DNA from: an uncultured Nitrososphaerota archaeon
GTDB taxonomy: Archaea; Asgardarchaeota; Njordarchaeia; Njordarchaeales; Njordarchaeaceae
NCBI GenBank assembly: GCA_964518475.1
Contig: CAZFGR010000014.1
Location: 1 to 46,034 of the forward strand
Reading direction: 5' to 3'
Length of the DNA: 46,034 nucleotides
Position numbers and translations under genes: made by a program. Each line of letters opens with the position of its first letter. Within the stretch, counting starts at the first letter, position 1. Shown here piece after piece: positions 19,054 to 28,865 of the stretch. The notes under the pieces were generated by a model that was not told where the DNA came from, did not search any database, and saw nothing but the letters and a program-made list of their open reading frames with translations.

Positions 19054-19803
19054 TTGATAGATCCCAGAATTAGTGTCATTGAGAAAAGATTTTCTGAGAT
19101 TAAAAGGATTATTTCAGTGGTTAGTGGTAAAGGAGGGGTGGGGAAAACAGTAATAGCATCGACGTTAGCCCTATCTCTTGCTAAGAACAATTACAGAACA
19201 GGACTATTTGACTTAGATTTCTATGGTCCTGGATGCCACATAGTTTTAGGCGTGGGAAAGGTGTTTCTTGAAGAGGAGAAGGGAATTATTCCTCCAAAGT
19301 TTCATGGAGTCTCACTAATGTCTATAGAGTTCTTTGCCAAGGATGAACCAGTAGCGATGCGAGGCACGGAAGTAACGGATGCTCTCATAGAACTTATGGC
19401 AATAACCCGGTGGGGACCCCTAGACTTTCTAATAATTGATCTACCTCCGGGTCTTGGAGAAGAGGTGCTTGATGTTATTAGATTGCTTAGGAATACAGAA
19501 TTTCTTGTAGTGACAACACCTTCTAAATTATCAATGATGGTGGCTGAGAAACTCCTGAAACTTCTAAAAAGGGTGGGGGCGAATATTCTAGGACTGGTGG
19601 AGAATATGGCGTTAACACACAACATGGGAAGCACAAAGCCGCTAGCCGAGAAGTACCAAGTAGAATTTCTAGGCTCTATAAGATTAGATGAAAAACTGGA
19701 AGCGGCAATAGGTGTTCCGGAAAAAATATTTGAAACTATCTTCTTTAAAGATATTCAGAAAATCTTTGAAAAATTGTGTAAGGGCATAAATACTGATAGG
19801 TAG
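19054..19803 (+). CDS. hypB: Mrp/MinD-family ATPase-type HypB (nickel insertion ATPase)
   Basis: IDPR N-terminus, SGKGGVGK, DLDF, DLPPG and ENM. It lacks the CxxC that follows ENM in Fe-S carrier Mrp/Nbp35 proteins, and sits directly after hypA as in Thermococcales. Confidence 0.8.
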   Translation: MIDPRISVIEKRFSEIKRIISVVSGKGGVGKTVIASTLALSLAKNNYRTGLFDLDFYGPGCHIVLGVGKVFLEEEKGIIPPKFHGVSLMSIEFFAKDEPVAMRGTEVTDALIELMAITRWGPLDFLIIDLPPGLGEEVLDVIRLLRNTEFLVVTTPSKLSMMVAEKLLKLLKRVGANILGLVENMALTHNMGSTKPLAEKYQVEFLGSIRLDEKLEAAIGVPEKIFETIFFKDIQKIFEKLCKGINTDR

Positions 19804-20003
19804 AAAGGATATACGCGATTAATCGAATATACCTCATAAATACATTATATTTTTTCATATAGTTGTACTTCTCGCTATTAGCCTATCTAATAATGCTATA
19901 CTGTGCTTAGTAGATTTATACATCCTAGCGAAGTTGATAGACACAAGAAATAATATGTGTAGTTTTTGTTTGTTGATTCGAACCCCTTAGAGGTGTTTTA
20001 AGA

Positions 20004-21038
20004 ATGATACTTGCTGATCAACTAATCCTATTAGGGCTCTCTACAATTACTCTTATAGCCTTGTTCTTCATAGCCCTAATTCTATGGAAGCTCATAGCTA
20101 CTGGTGGATTACTAGAGATTTTCGAGAAAAGGGCTACGACTCCAGAGCCTTACAAGTTTATCAATTACGAGTGTGGCGATTTCCCAATAGGTGATGCAAG
20201 ATTCAGATTCAGGGTAGAGTATTATGTTTTCCCGCTAATCTTTCTCCTAATCGACGTATTTATGCCGATACTCTACCTTTGGGGAATACAATTACCATTA
20301 ACAGGTATTCCCCTAATAATTCCTCTAATATCTTTAATAATAATCATGATAGGTGTCTATGTAGTATTTTCGCATGAGGGATCAAAGCTTCTCACGCCAC
20401 TAGCCAACAAGCCTGAACGAATGGAGCTTGTGGAGAAAGCTGCAGAGGGGGATCCAGAAGCTTTAGAGGAATTTCTAAGAGTAGAGCCGATGAGAGTATA
20501 TGGTAAGGGTACTGTTGTGAAAGTTAAACCGAGGACGAGAAATGAAAAAATGTACAAGATTCTCGCTCCTCTTCGCAATCTTCTTAGAAAATTATTGGGC
20601 TGGCTCTTTAGGTGGGGAGTAGCTAAATCACCGTGGATCCCTCACTTCGGAATAAAGTGTTGTGCAATGGAAGTACCAATGTCTGTAGGTGCGTCCAGAT
20701 TCGATATGGAGCGATGGGGCGTGATACCTCCAGCTAGTCCGAGACAAGCGGATCTTCTTTTGGTTAATGGACCCGTATCGCTAAAACTAGCTCCAAGATT
20801 AAAAGCCATTTATGATCAAATGCCAGAGCCAAAATTTGTCATTGCTGTGGGGGAGTGTGCAATTGTTGGAGGTCCATTTAAGGGTTCCTATAGCCTGATT
20901 GAGGGAGTGAATAAGATTATTCCCGTAGATTACTATTTGCCTGGATGCCCGCCTAGGCCGGAGATGTTCCTAGATGTAATTATGGATTATCGAAAAGAGG
21001 TGCAGAAGGATCTTCTATATAGACTTAGAAAAGCATGA
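20004..21038 (+). CDS. nuoAB: Complex I-like oxidoreductase, fused subunits A+B
   Basis: N-terminal 3-TM NuoA with the YECG...GDAR loop and FLLIDV. C-terminal NuoB with KCCAME, SPRQAD, YDQMPEPKFVIAVGECA and YLPGCPPRPE. One uninterrupted frame. Confidence 0.9.
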   Translation: MILADQLILLGLSTITLIALFFIALILWKLIATGGLLEIFEKRATTPEPYKFINYECGDFPIGDARFRFRVEYYVFPLIFLLIDVFMPILYLWGIQLPLTGIPLIIPLISLIIIMIGVYVVFSHEGSKLLTPLANKPERMELVEKAAEGDPEALEEFLRVEPMRVYGKGTVVKVKPRTRNEKMYKILAPLRNLLRKLLGWLFRWGVAKSPWIPHFGIKCCAMEVPMSVGASRFDMERWGVIPPASPRQADLLLVNGPVSLKLAPRLKAIYDQMPEPKFVIAVGECAIVGGPFKGSYSLIEGVNKIIPVDYYLPGCPPRPEMFLDVIMDYRKEVQKDLLYRLRKA

Positions 21039-21047
21039 AAACGGGAG

Positions 21048-22691
21048 GTGTTATCTTTGAGTGTAAATGAATGGAGTCGAGAGATTAAGGAAAGTTTCGG
21101 AGACTTAGTAGATATTCTCGAAATGAAATGGAAAAATCACCTAGGTATTCGAGTAAGGGAACCTGATAAATTACCTGAAGTAGCTAAAAAATTGAAAGAA
21201 CTTGGTTTTTCCCAGAATCTTCTCATAACAGCTATAGATTGGATAGATGAGAACAGGATAGAACTTGTTTATCACTTCAACAGAATGGATTCCAGAGCAA
21301 TAGCATGGGTAAGAACTAGTGTCCCACGAGACAATCCAGAAGTACCGTCCATTTGGAAGATTTTCCGATCATCAGTGATCCATGAAATAGAAACCTTTGA
21401 TCTAATGGGAGTGACTTTTAAGGGGCATCCAGATCTTAGAAGAATGTTTCTTCCACCCGACTGGAATCTTCCCCCGCCCCAAAGAAAGGATTTTGATCCA
21501 AAAATGGCTAGGAACTATGATTGGAGAAGTAAAGTCTACGAGGCTTATAACCCGTACCAAGAAGTGATAGCGAAAGAAAATGACACAATATATTACCTAA
21601 GCGTGGGACCTCAACACCCAGCTATGCATGGTTGTTGGCGTCTTCTCCTAAAGTGTGAGGGAGATACGATTCTAGAGGCCTGGCCAGAATTCGGTTTCGT
21701 TCATAGAGGAATAGAAAAGCTTGCAGAGTATCGAACATATGAACAGATATCGATTTTCACAGATAGGTTCGACTACATTGCTTCATTGGCATGGAACCTA
21801 ACTTATGCGATGGCTGTCGAGGATCTCTTAGGTATAGAAGTTCCCGAGCCTGCTAAGTGGTTGAGAGTAGCTCTCGCGGAGATGCAAAGGATTATATCTC
21901 ACCTAACGTGGTTAGCGGCAGCATGTGCGGATATAGGAACGTTCCACTCAATGTTTCTCTACACGATTAGGGAGCGTGAAAAGTTATTTGATCTGGTAGA
22001 AATGCTTAGTGGTGCTAGATTAACATATACTCTCACGAGAATAGGTGGAGTTGGAATCTTTAAACACGCCGATACAATTCCTGATGGATGGTTCAACAGG
22101 GTCTTGGACTTTGTTAAGGAATTTAGGAAAAGGATGAAGGAGTACGAAGAAATAGTATTCTCTAATGAAACATTTTATGTGAGGACTCGGGGAATTGGAG
22201 TAATTAGAGGAAAGGCAGCAATAGAGGCAGGAGCCACCGGACCCGTTTTAAGAGCAGCTGGGATAAGATATGATGTGCGCAAGATTGCTCCGTACATGGT
22301 CTACGAAGAAGTAGATTTTGAGATCCCTACGGGAACTAAAGGTGATGTTTTCGATCGCTGGTATGTTAGATTTAGGGAGATGCAGGAGAGTGCTAGGATT
22401 ATTGAGCAGGTTATAGAGCAGATGCCTAAGAGTGGACCCTTGAGAATAAAAGTGCCTCCACCTAAATTCAAGGTTAGTGGAGAAGGCTTTGCGCGTACGG
22501 AGAATCCAAGAGGCGAGGCTATGCTCTATATCATCGGTAGGGGCGGTGATAAACCATATAGAATGAGAGTTAGGAGTCCGACTCTTTGCAACCTCTATCT
22601 CACGCATTATCTCTTAAGAGGAGCTCGGATAGCTGATTTACCAGCTATTGTTGGTTCTCTAGATCCTAGTATGGGTGAGGTGGATAGGTAA
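21048..22691 (+). CDS. nuoCD: Complex I-like oxidoreductase, fused subunits C+D
   Basis: NuoC part: HEIETFDLMGVTFKGHPDLRR and RKDF. NuoD part: GPQHPAMHG, HRGIEKLAE, DRFDY, ENPRGE and C-terminal GEVDR. No RxCxxC or DPCxxC [NiFe] motifs. Confidence 0.92.
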   Translation: MLSLSVNEWSREIKESFGDLVDILEMKWKNHLGIRVREPDKLPEVAKKLKELGFSQNLLITAIDWIDENRIELVYHFNRMDSRAIAWVRTSVPRDNPEVPSIWKIFRSSVIHEIETFDLMGVTFKGHPDLRRMFLPPDWNLPPPQRKDFDPKMARNYDWRSKVYEAYNPYQEVIAKENDTIYYLSVGPQHPAMHGCWRLLLKCEGDTILEAWPEFGFVHRGIEKLAEYRTYEQISIFTDRFDYIASLAWNLTYAMAVEDLLGIEVPEPAKWLRVALAEMQRIISHLTWLAAACADIGTFHSMFLYTIREREKLFDLVEMLSGARLTYTLTRIGGVGIFKHADTIPDGWFNRVLDFVKEFRKRMKEYEEIVFSNETFYVRTRGIGVIRGKAAIEAGATGPVLRAAGIRYDVRKIAPYMVYEEVDFEIPTGTKGDVFDRWYVRFREMQESARIIEQVIEQMPKSGPLRIKVPPPKFKVSGEGFARTENPRGEAMLYIIGRGGDKPYRMRVRSPTLCNLYLTHYLLRGARIADLPAIVGSLDPSMGEVDR

Positions 22692-22706
22692 GGAGGGGAT
22701 ATTTGC

Positions 22707-23756
22707 ATGACCGATTTAATAACAAATTTTGTAGTTCAGCTACGTAATTGGATAGCCTCGCTCATTGAATATTATGGGGAACTATTGGGTATTCCTTCCT
22801 GGATGTGGGGATACTTAGTAGGATTAACAATGTTCCTAATAGGATTCTTAGCGTTTGGACTTGATATATTATTCGTTGTTTGGATGGAGCGAAAAGTAAT
22901 AGGAAGGATACATCATAGAAGATCAGTAACAGAGACTGGACCTATTGGTTTCTTCCAAAACATAGCTGATGTAGTAAAGCTTCTGGTGAAAGAAGATATA
23001 GTTCCGATAGGAGCAGATAGATTCTTCCATAATATTCTACCTCCAATCGCTGCGGCTGCAACCCTAATTCCCCTAATAGTAATTCCATTTGCTCCACAGC
23101 TATATGTCGTTAGATTGAGCACTAGCTTATTATTAGCCTTCGGAGTAATGGCACTAGTTCCCGGCCTCATATTGTTAATAGGATGGGCCGGCGGAAGCAA
23201 ATATACTTTAATTGGCGGTTTTAGATCGGGACTACAGTTAGTAGCATATGAGATTCCATTAGGTCTCCTGCTCCTAAGCATCGTCGTCGTCACAAAGTCA
23301 TTGGATCTAGTAGCTATTGTAGAATCGCAAGCACAACTTTGGAACATCGTCAAGTTACCCCTAGGAGCGTTGCTTTTCTTCATAGTAGGTACGATGGAGC
23401 TAGAGAGATCTCCATTCGACATTCCCGAGGCTGAAGGCGAGATCGTGGTTGGCTGGAGAACAGAGTACAGCGGAATAAAGTTTGGCCTGTTCTATGGTAC
23501 CGAGTATTTCCACTTCTTCGTAATGGCTAGCCTATACGTTACTCTATTCTTAGGTGGTTGGTACGGACCTATTCTCCCACCCTTAGTATGGTTCCTTATA
23601 AAGGTACACTTAGTGATGCTGATGTGGATATGGGTTAGACTCACGTTCTTTAGACCAAGGCCCGATCAATTGCTTCGCATCTGCTTCAAATACATGATCC
23701 CATTAGCATTCCTAAACCTTCTCTGGGCAATAGGTTATGTCATCTTCTTCAGCTAG
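22707..23756 (+). CDS. nuoH: Complex I-like subunit H
   Basis: WMERK, QNIADVVKLLVKE, AYEIP, ERSPFDIPEAEGEIVVG..TEYSG and RPDQL. Confidence 0.95.
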   Translation: MTDLITNFVVQLRNWIASLIEYYGELLGIPSWMWGYLVGLTMFLIGFLAFGLDILFVVWMERKVIGRIHHRRSVTETGPIGFFQNIADVVKLLVKEDIVPIGADRFFHNILPPIAAAATLIPLIVIPFAPQLYVVRLSTSLLLAFGVMALVPGLILLIGWAGGSKYTLIGGFRSGLQLVAYEIPLGLLLLSIVVVTKSLDLVAIVESQAQLWNIVKLPLGALLFFIVGTMELERSPFDIPEAEGEIVVGWRTEYSGIKFGLFYGTEYFHFFVMASLYVTLFLGGWYGPILPPLVWFLIKVHLVMLMWIWVRLTFFRPRPDQLLRICFKYMIPLAFLNLLWAIGYVIFFS

Positions 23757-23767
23757 GGGGGTGCTAA

Positions 23768-24418
23768 ATGAGTATCATTAAAAAATTCTTATCCCCACTT
23801 AAGGAAACGGGCAAATATCTGTTAAAGAAACCATTCACTGTTATGTATCCCAGAGAACCAGCTGTGGTTAAGGAACGTTGGAGAGGAATTCATCAACTTG
23901 ATTGGAACAAATGCATAGGATGTGGAATGTGTGCAAGGACCTGCCCCAACGCGACGATTGATTATATTTTTGAATGGGGCGTGGATCCGAGGCAACCAAA
24001 GAATATGAAAATGAGACGCCCCACCATAGATTATGGGCACTGCGCATTCTGTGGCTTATGCGTAGAGGCCTGTCCCACGGGGGCATTAAAGTTTACTCCC
24101 AATTATAGATTATTCGTCACAGGCAATGATCGTATAGGATTAATCAAATTACCATATGAAATCTCTCAGAATGCACCGAACAAAAATATTGCAGAGAAAG
24201 AAAAGATCCAGTATCTTCTACAAACGGACTTAATCGCTAGAGCTGTTGGTGGAGAGCAGGAGGATAAAATAAGGGAACTTCAGAAGCAGTGGTTGTCGAT
24301 CTACTATGATTACTTGGATAAAAAGATTACTGAAGATGAGTTTAGGAAGCGCACTGATGAGATAACTAAGCGGGTCCTTGACCTAGTTCGTGAAGGAACA
24401 TTACCTGTTGTGAGGTGA
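23768..24418 (+). CDS. nuoI: Complex I-like subunit I (2x[4Fe-4S]) with C-terminal helical extension
   Basis: FTVMYP, RWRG, CIGCGMCARTCP and CAFCGLCVEACP. Confidence 0.93.
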   Translation: MSIIKKFLSPLKETGKYLLKKPFTVMYPREPAVVKERWRGIHQLDWNKCIGCGMCARTCPNATIDYIFEWGVDPRQPKNMKMRRPTIDYGHCAFCGLCVEACPTGALKFTPNYRLFVTGNDRIGLIKLPYEISQNAPNKNIAEKEKIQYLLQTDLIARAVGGEQEDKIRELQKQWLSIYYDYLDKKITEDEFRKRTDEITKRVLDLVREGTLPVVR

Positions 24419-24425
24419 CGAATTT

Positions 24426-24899
24426 ATGGAGTTATACCTCATCTCTCTCCTAGCAATTTTATCTCTTGTGGTATTATCGGCTATACTCTCTATTGAGGCG
24501 AAAGAATTAATGCATAGTGTCTTTTTCCTCGGGGTATTCTTAGTAACTATAGGTGCTCTCTACATCCTATTAGGGGCGGAATTCATTGGAGTAATCCAAA
24601 TTCTTCTCTACGCTGGTGGCGTTGCAGTATTAATGTTATTCTCTCTAATGTTGCTACCTAGAAGAGGCGAAAAGGAAGTATCCTATCGCATACCAGCTAT
24701 CGCTGTAGTTATGATATTCATAGCTATGCTTTTCCTTATGATAGGTAAGGCTTCTCCACCCCAAGGAGCAGCGCAAGTATCGACAGAGTCTCTCGCTTTA
24801 ACTCTGTTGTCTCAATACCCCTTGCTAATAATCCTCCTCGCACTTCTCATCGTAGTAATTATGGTTTCTGCATCTTATCTTGTGGGAGGTGAGAGATAA
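24426..24899 (+). CDS. nuoJ: Complex I-like subunit J
   Basis: LGAEFIGVIQILLYAGGVAVL, five TM segments, and position in the operon. Confidence 0.92.
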   Translation: MELYLISLLAILSLVVLSAILSIEAKELMHSVFFLGVFLVTIGALYILLGAEFIGVIQILLYAGGVAVLMLFSLMLLPRRGEKEVSYRIPAIAVVMIFIAMLFLMIGKASPPQGAAQVSTESLALTLLSQYPLLIILLALLIVVIMVSASYLVGGER

Positions 24900-25214
24900 A
24901 TGAACGAGACTATGATAATTCTTTATTCCTCTATTATTATCTTCGTGATCGGTCTCTATGGACTTATTGCTCATCGAAACGCGATAAGAATGTTGATTAG
25001 CATCGAACTATTACTAAACGCTGCTAATCTTAATCTGGTCAACTTTGCTCACAGAACGGCTTTAGAAAATGCTTTGCAGGCACAGATCCTTACTCTTTTC
25101 TCGATAGCATTAGCCGCTGTAGAGGCCGCGATCGGTATTGCCATTTTCATTAACCTGTACAGGATATATGGAAGAGCGGAAGTGGACCTTGCTAGGGAAC
25201 TAAAGGAGGTGTAA
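24900..25214 (+). CDS. nuoK: Complex I-like subunit K
   Basis: RNAIRMLISIELLLNAANLN and AAVEAAIG; both conserved Glu residues are present. Confidence 0.94.
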   Translation: MNETMIILYSSIIIFVIGLYGLIAHRNAIRMLISIELLLNAANLNLVNFAHRTALENALQAQILTLFSIALAAVEAAIGIAIFINLYRIYGRAEVDLARELKEV

Positions 25215-25215
25215 A

Positions 25216-27315
25216 ATGTTGTTCGTAGAATATGCGTGGTTAGTTCCTCTAATCCCGATACTCCTATCGGCCATAACTCTCCTAATAGGCAAGAGGACTC
25301 CCAGAGAAGGGGGCTACTTTGGGGTCGCGGGGGCGGCCTTTTCCCTGATACTCTCCGTACTAATTGCCTACGAAGTCGCGACAAATAATCTATATGGATA
25401 CAAAAGCGTTTTCACATGGCTCACAATCGGGGATGCTAAGCTTTACTTCTCTATAATCATTGACCAGCTCTCGATAATAATGATGCTGATAGTATCACTC
25501 ATAGCGACACTCATCATGGTGTACTCGTTCGGATACATGCACGGGGAGGAGGGACTGCCAAGATATTTCGCGGAGATGCTACTCTTCGTTGGTAGCATGC
25601 TTATACTAGTAATGGCGGCAGACTTTCTTTTCTTATTCGTTGGCTGGGAGCTGGTCGGTGTTTGTTCTTATCTATTGATAGGTTTCTGGTATAAAAGACC
25701 ACCGGCTGCCAGTGCTGCAAAGAAGGCGTTTTTGACCACGAGAATGGGAGATATTTTTATGCTTGCTGGTATTGCGTACCTCTACTACAAATTTGGAACC
25801 CTTGATATACTAGAGTTGAACTCTCTAGCACCTGGCCTTGATCTGAAAATGCTTACTCTTGTCGGTGTATTTATCTTCATTGGAGCTATGGGTAAGTCAG
25901 CACAATTCCCTCTAATGGCTTGGTTGTGGGATGCTATGGAGGGGCCAACAACAGTTTCCGCTATTTTGCATAGCTCCACGATGGTTAAAGCAGGAGTATA
26001 CCTTGTTTTGAGAGCGTACCCAATAATTTCTGCCTCGCCAGATACATTATTATTTGTAGCTTACATCGGGTCATTCACGGCATTTATAGCAGCTACAATG
26101 GCTCTTGTTGAATGGGATATTAAGAGGGTACTAGCTTACTCAACAATCTCGCAAATAGGATACATGATGGCCGCTCTTGGAGTTGGGGGATACGCTCCTG
26201 GATACCTCCACTTAATCAGCCACGCATTCTTTAAGGCACTACTCTTCCTCTGTGCCGGAAGCGTTGTTCATATGATGCATGAAATTGTTCATGATCCCTG
26301 GCTTTCACGAGATATGAGATATATGGGTGGTCTCTACAGACCAATGAAAATTACTGCTCTCACAATGCTTATAGCCTCTTTAGCACTAGCTGGAATATTC
26401 CCCTTATCAGGTTTTTGGAGCAAGGATGCCATAATAGAGGCTGCGCTAGAAGCAGGAGATGCAGTAGTCTATTGGTTGTTAGTAATAACAGCATTTCTCA
26501 CAGCGTTTTATATAATGAGGTTGTGGTTTAATACGTTCTGGGGTGAGCTTAGAGCACCAGAAATGCTTAAGGAGGAGCACCACCATACAGAGAAAGAATA
26601 CCACTTGCATGAATCCCCACCAGTAATGACTGTTCCATTAATCATCCTCGCTGGTATGACAATAATTCTTGGAGGCATAATACCTCTCTTTAAGAAATCC
26701 TTCGCAGAGTTCCTAGCCGGTTATCTGGAGCATTACGGTATATCGCTAGAACACGGAGGAATGGCGCACGTGGAATTCCATCCCTTAGTTAAAGGATTTG
26801 CCTTCGAGATAGTACCTGTATGGGCGATATCTTCTCTCTTCGCACTATTAGGAATATACGTTGCCTATGAAGCGTATGCCACAAAGAGACTCGCCATTGA
26901 CAAACTAGTTTCAAGCGGTGTTGGAAGGATTCTCTACAAGATATTGAGCGAGAAGTATGGACTAGACAAACTATATCTCTTGCTTTCAGAGACCCTTGCT
27001 TGGAAGATTATCTCCAGAGCCGCTAGTTGGTTCGATTTGAACGTGGTGGATGGAATAGTCAACGGTATCGCTAAACTAGGGGTTCTTACTGCGAAGGTTT
27101 CTGATCTCTTTGATCGTTACATAATTGACGGCATCGTTAATGGTATCGGCACTACATTAAAGAGCTTCGGTGGGTGGTTGAGAAGAATTGAGGTTGGTAT
27201 AGTCCAAATATACATAATGCTAATTGTGATCGGGGCTATTTTCTTCCTCGTTTTAGGATTTTTTGCCCCTGGTTATATCTCATCGATTATTAAATGGTTA
27301 GGTATTAGTGCATAG
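25216..27315 (+). CDS. nuoL: Complex I-like antiporter subunit L
   Basis: GWELVG, GKSAQFP, DAMEGPT, HAFFKALLF, GFWSKD and a C-terminal lateral helix (VVDGIVNG). Confidence 0.94.
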   Translation: MLFVEYAWLVPLIPILLSAITLLIGKRTPREGGYFGVAGAAFSLILSVLIAYEVATNNLYGYKSVFTWLTIGDAKLYFSIIIDQLSIIMMLIVSLIATLIMVYSFGYMHGEEGLPRYFAEMLLFVGSMLILVMAADFLFLFVGWELVGVCSYLLIGFWYKRPPAASAAKKAFLTTRMGDIFMLAGIAYLYYKFGTLDILELNSLAPGLDLKMLTLVGVFIFIGAMGKSAQFPLMAWLWDAMEGPTTVSAILHSSTMVKAGVYLVLRAYPIISASPDTLLFVAYIGSFTAFIAATMALVEWDIKRVLAYSTISQIGYMMAALGVGGYAPGYLHLISHAFFKALLFLCAGSVVHMMHEIVHDPWLSRDMRYMGGLYRPMKITALTMLIASLALAGIFPLSGFWSKDAIIEAALEAGDAVVYWLLVITAFLTAFYIMRLWFNTFWGELRAPEMLKEEHHHTEKEYHLHESPPVMTVPLIILAGMTIILGGIIPLFKKSFAEFLAGYLEHYGISLEHGGMAHVEFHPLVKGFAFEIVPVWAISSLFALLGIYVAYEAYATKRLAIDKLVSSGVGRILYKILSEKYGLDKLYLLLSETLAWKIISRAASWFDLNVVDGIVNGIAKLGVLTAKVSDLFDRYIIDGIVNGIGTTLKSFGGWLRRIEVGIVQIYIMLIVIGAIFFLVLGFFAPGYISSIIKWLGISA

Positions 27316-27329
27316 GGGGTGGAAGAATA

Positions 27330-28850
27330 ATGCTACAACCTATTCCGTATGAATTAACAATAATACTCTTCCTTCCAATACTGTCTGCTCCAATAGCATA
27401 TTTGCTAGGCATGATAAAGGGAAGATATGCACGATATTTTGCCATATTAGTGGCTCTTGTGGAATTCCTCCTAACTATTCACCTAGCATTAGCCTTTGAC
27501 ATCACCAAGGCAAACGAACTACAATTTGTGGAGTTCTATGAGTGGGTACCGAGATTCGGTATCTATTACTTAGTGGGTGTTGACGGGCTTAGCTTAGTAA
27601 TGGTTATACTTACCTCACTATTATCACTAGCAGCTGTAATAGGCAGTAATCACATAGAGGAAAGGGAGAGCTTCTACTACTTCCTATTCCTCCTCATGGA
27701 GACCTCCATAATAGGCGTCTTCATATCATTTAACCTATTCCTATTCTACATATTCTGGGAACTCGTCCTAGTCCCAATGTACTTCCTAATAGCGATATGG
27801 GGAGGACCTAGAAGGAAATACGCAGCCATAAAGTTTTTCATATACACCCATGTCGGCGGAGTAGTGATGCTAATATCATTCTTCTACGCTTACTGGGTAT
27901 ACTACCTCAACACAGGAGTCTTTACATTTAACCTTTACCAGTTAATAGGACTAGAACCCGTTAACGGCACATATGCCGCTGTAGCAACATTCCTGCCGAG
28001 AAACATTGGTTTAATACTTTTCGGAGCACTATTCTTTGGCTTTGCAATAAAGGTTCCAGTAGTACCGCTTCACACATGGTTGCCCGACGCACACGTAGAG
28101 GCACCGTCCCCAATATCCGTTATCTTGGCTGGATTATTGCTTAAGATGGGAGGGTACGGAATAATTAGGATCGCGATACCATTGATACCATTCGCAGCAA
28201 AAGAACTTGCATGGCCAATAACGATCCTAGCCCTACTAAACATATTCTATGCGGGCTTCGTAGCTTTGTGGCAAGCGGATTTCAAGAGATTAGTGGCTTA
28301 TAGCAGTATTTCCCACATGGGAATAGTTGTTCTAGGAAGCATAGTTGGCAACGTTGAAGCATTAACTGGTGCAATATTCATGATGTTCGCACACGGATTA
28401 ATAAACGGCTTACTATTCCTTATAGCAGGGGTCTATAAGCATCACTTACACACCAGAATAATCGAGGAAATTGGAGGATACACACCATACATACCATTAA
28501 CATCGGCGTTCTTAGTAATTGGTGGTCTAGCAGGACTAGGACTCCCCGGACTGGCTGCCTTCGTCGCTGAATTTCTCACAATTCTTGGAGCCTTTAAGAC
28601 ATGGGGTCTTAGAGTGGCAATAGTGGTATTCGGGCCGGTATTGAGCGCAGGCTACATGTTGTGGGCTATTCAGCGAATAGTGTTTGGGCCTCCGAAGAAA
28701 CCACATGGAGAGGTTAAGGATTTGTGCCTCCCCGAGATCATCTCGTTCACAATTCTGACTTTCTTAATAATCCTCCTCGGCGTTTACCCAAGAATACTAA
28801 CAGATATTACGGCACAATTCACCCAATTCTTCATCTCTAGATATTTTTAG
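27330..28850 (+). CDS. nuoM: Complex I-like antiporter subunit M
   Basis: GVDGLS, FWELVL, KVPVVPLHTWLPDAHVEAP, LLKMGGYG, AYSSISHMG and FVAEF. Confidence 0.95.
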   Translation: MLQPIPYELTIILFLPILSAPIAYLLGMIKGRYARYFAILVALVEFLLTIHLALAFDITKANELQFVEFYEWVPRFGIYYLVGVDGLSLVMVILTSLLSLAAVIGSNHIEERESFYYFLFLLMETSIIGVFISFNLFLFYIFWELVLVPMYFLIAIWGGPRRKYAAIKFFIYTHVGGVVMLISFFYAYWVYYLNTGVFTFNLYQLIGLEPVNGTYAAVATFLPRNIGLILFGALFFGFAIKVPVVPLHTWLPDAHVEAPSPISVILAGLLLKMGGYGIIRIAIPLIPFAAKELAWPITILALLNIFYAGFVALWQADFKRLVAYSSISHMGIVVLGSIVGNVEALTGAIFMMFAHGLINGLLFLIAGVYKHHLHTRIIEEIGGYTPYIPLTSAFLVIGGLAGLGLPGLAAFVAEFLTILGAFKTWGLRVAIVVFGPVLSAGYMLWAIQRIVFGPPKKPHGEVKDLCLPEIISFTILTFLIILLGVYPRILTDITAQFTQFFISRYF

Positions 28851-28865
28851 AACGGTGAAAACAAG

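Noticed and set aside
19054-19803. Fe-S carrier Mrp/Nbp35
   Set aside because: It lacks the CxxC after ENM, and both context and N-terminus fit ATPase-type HypB.
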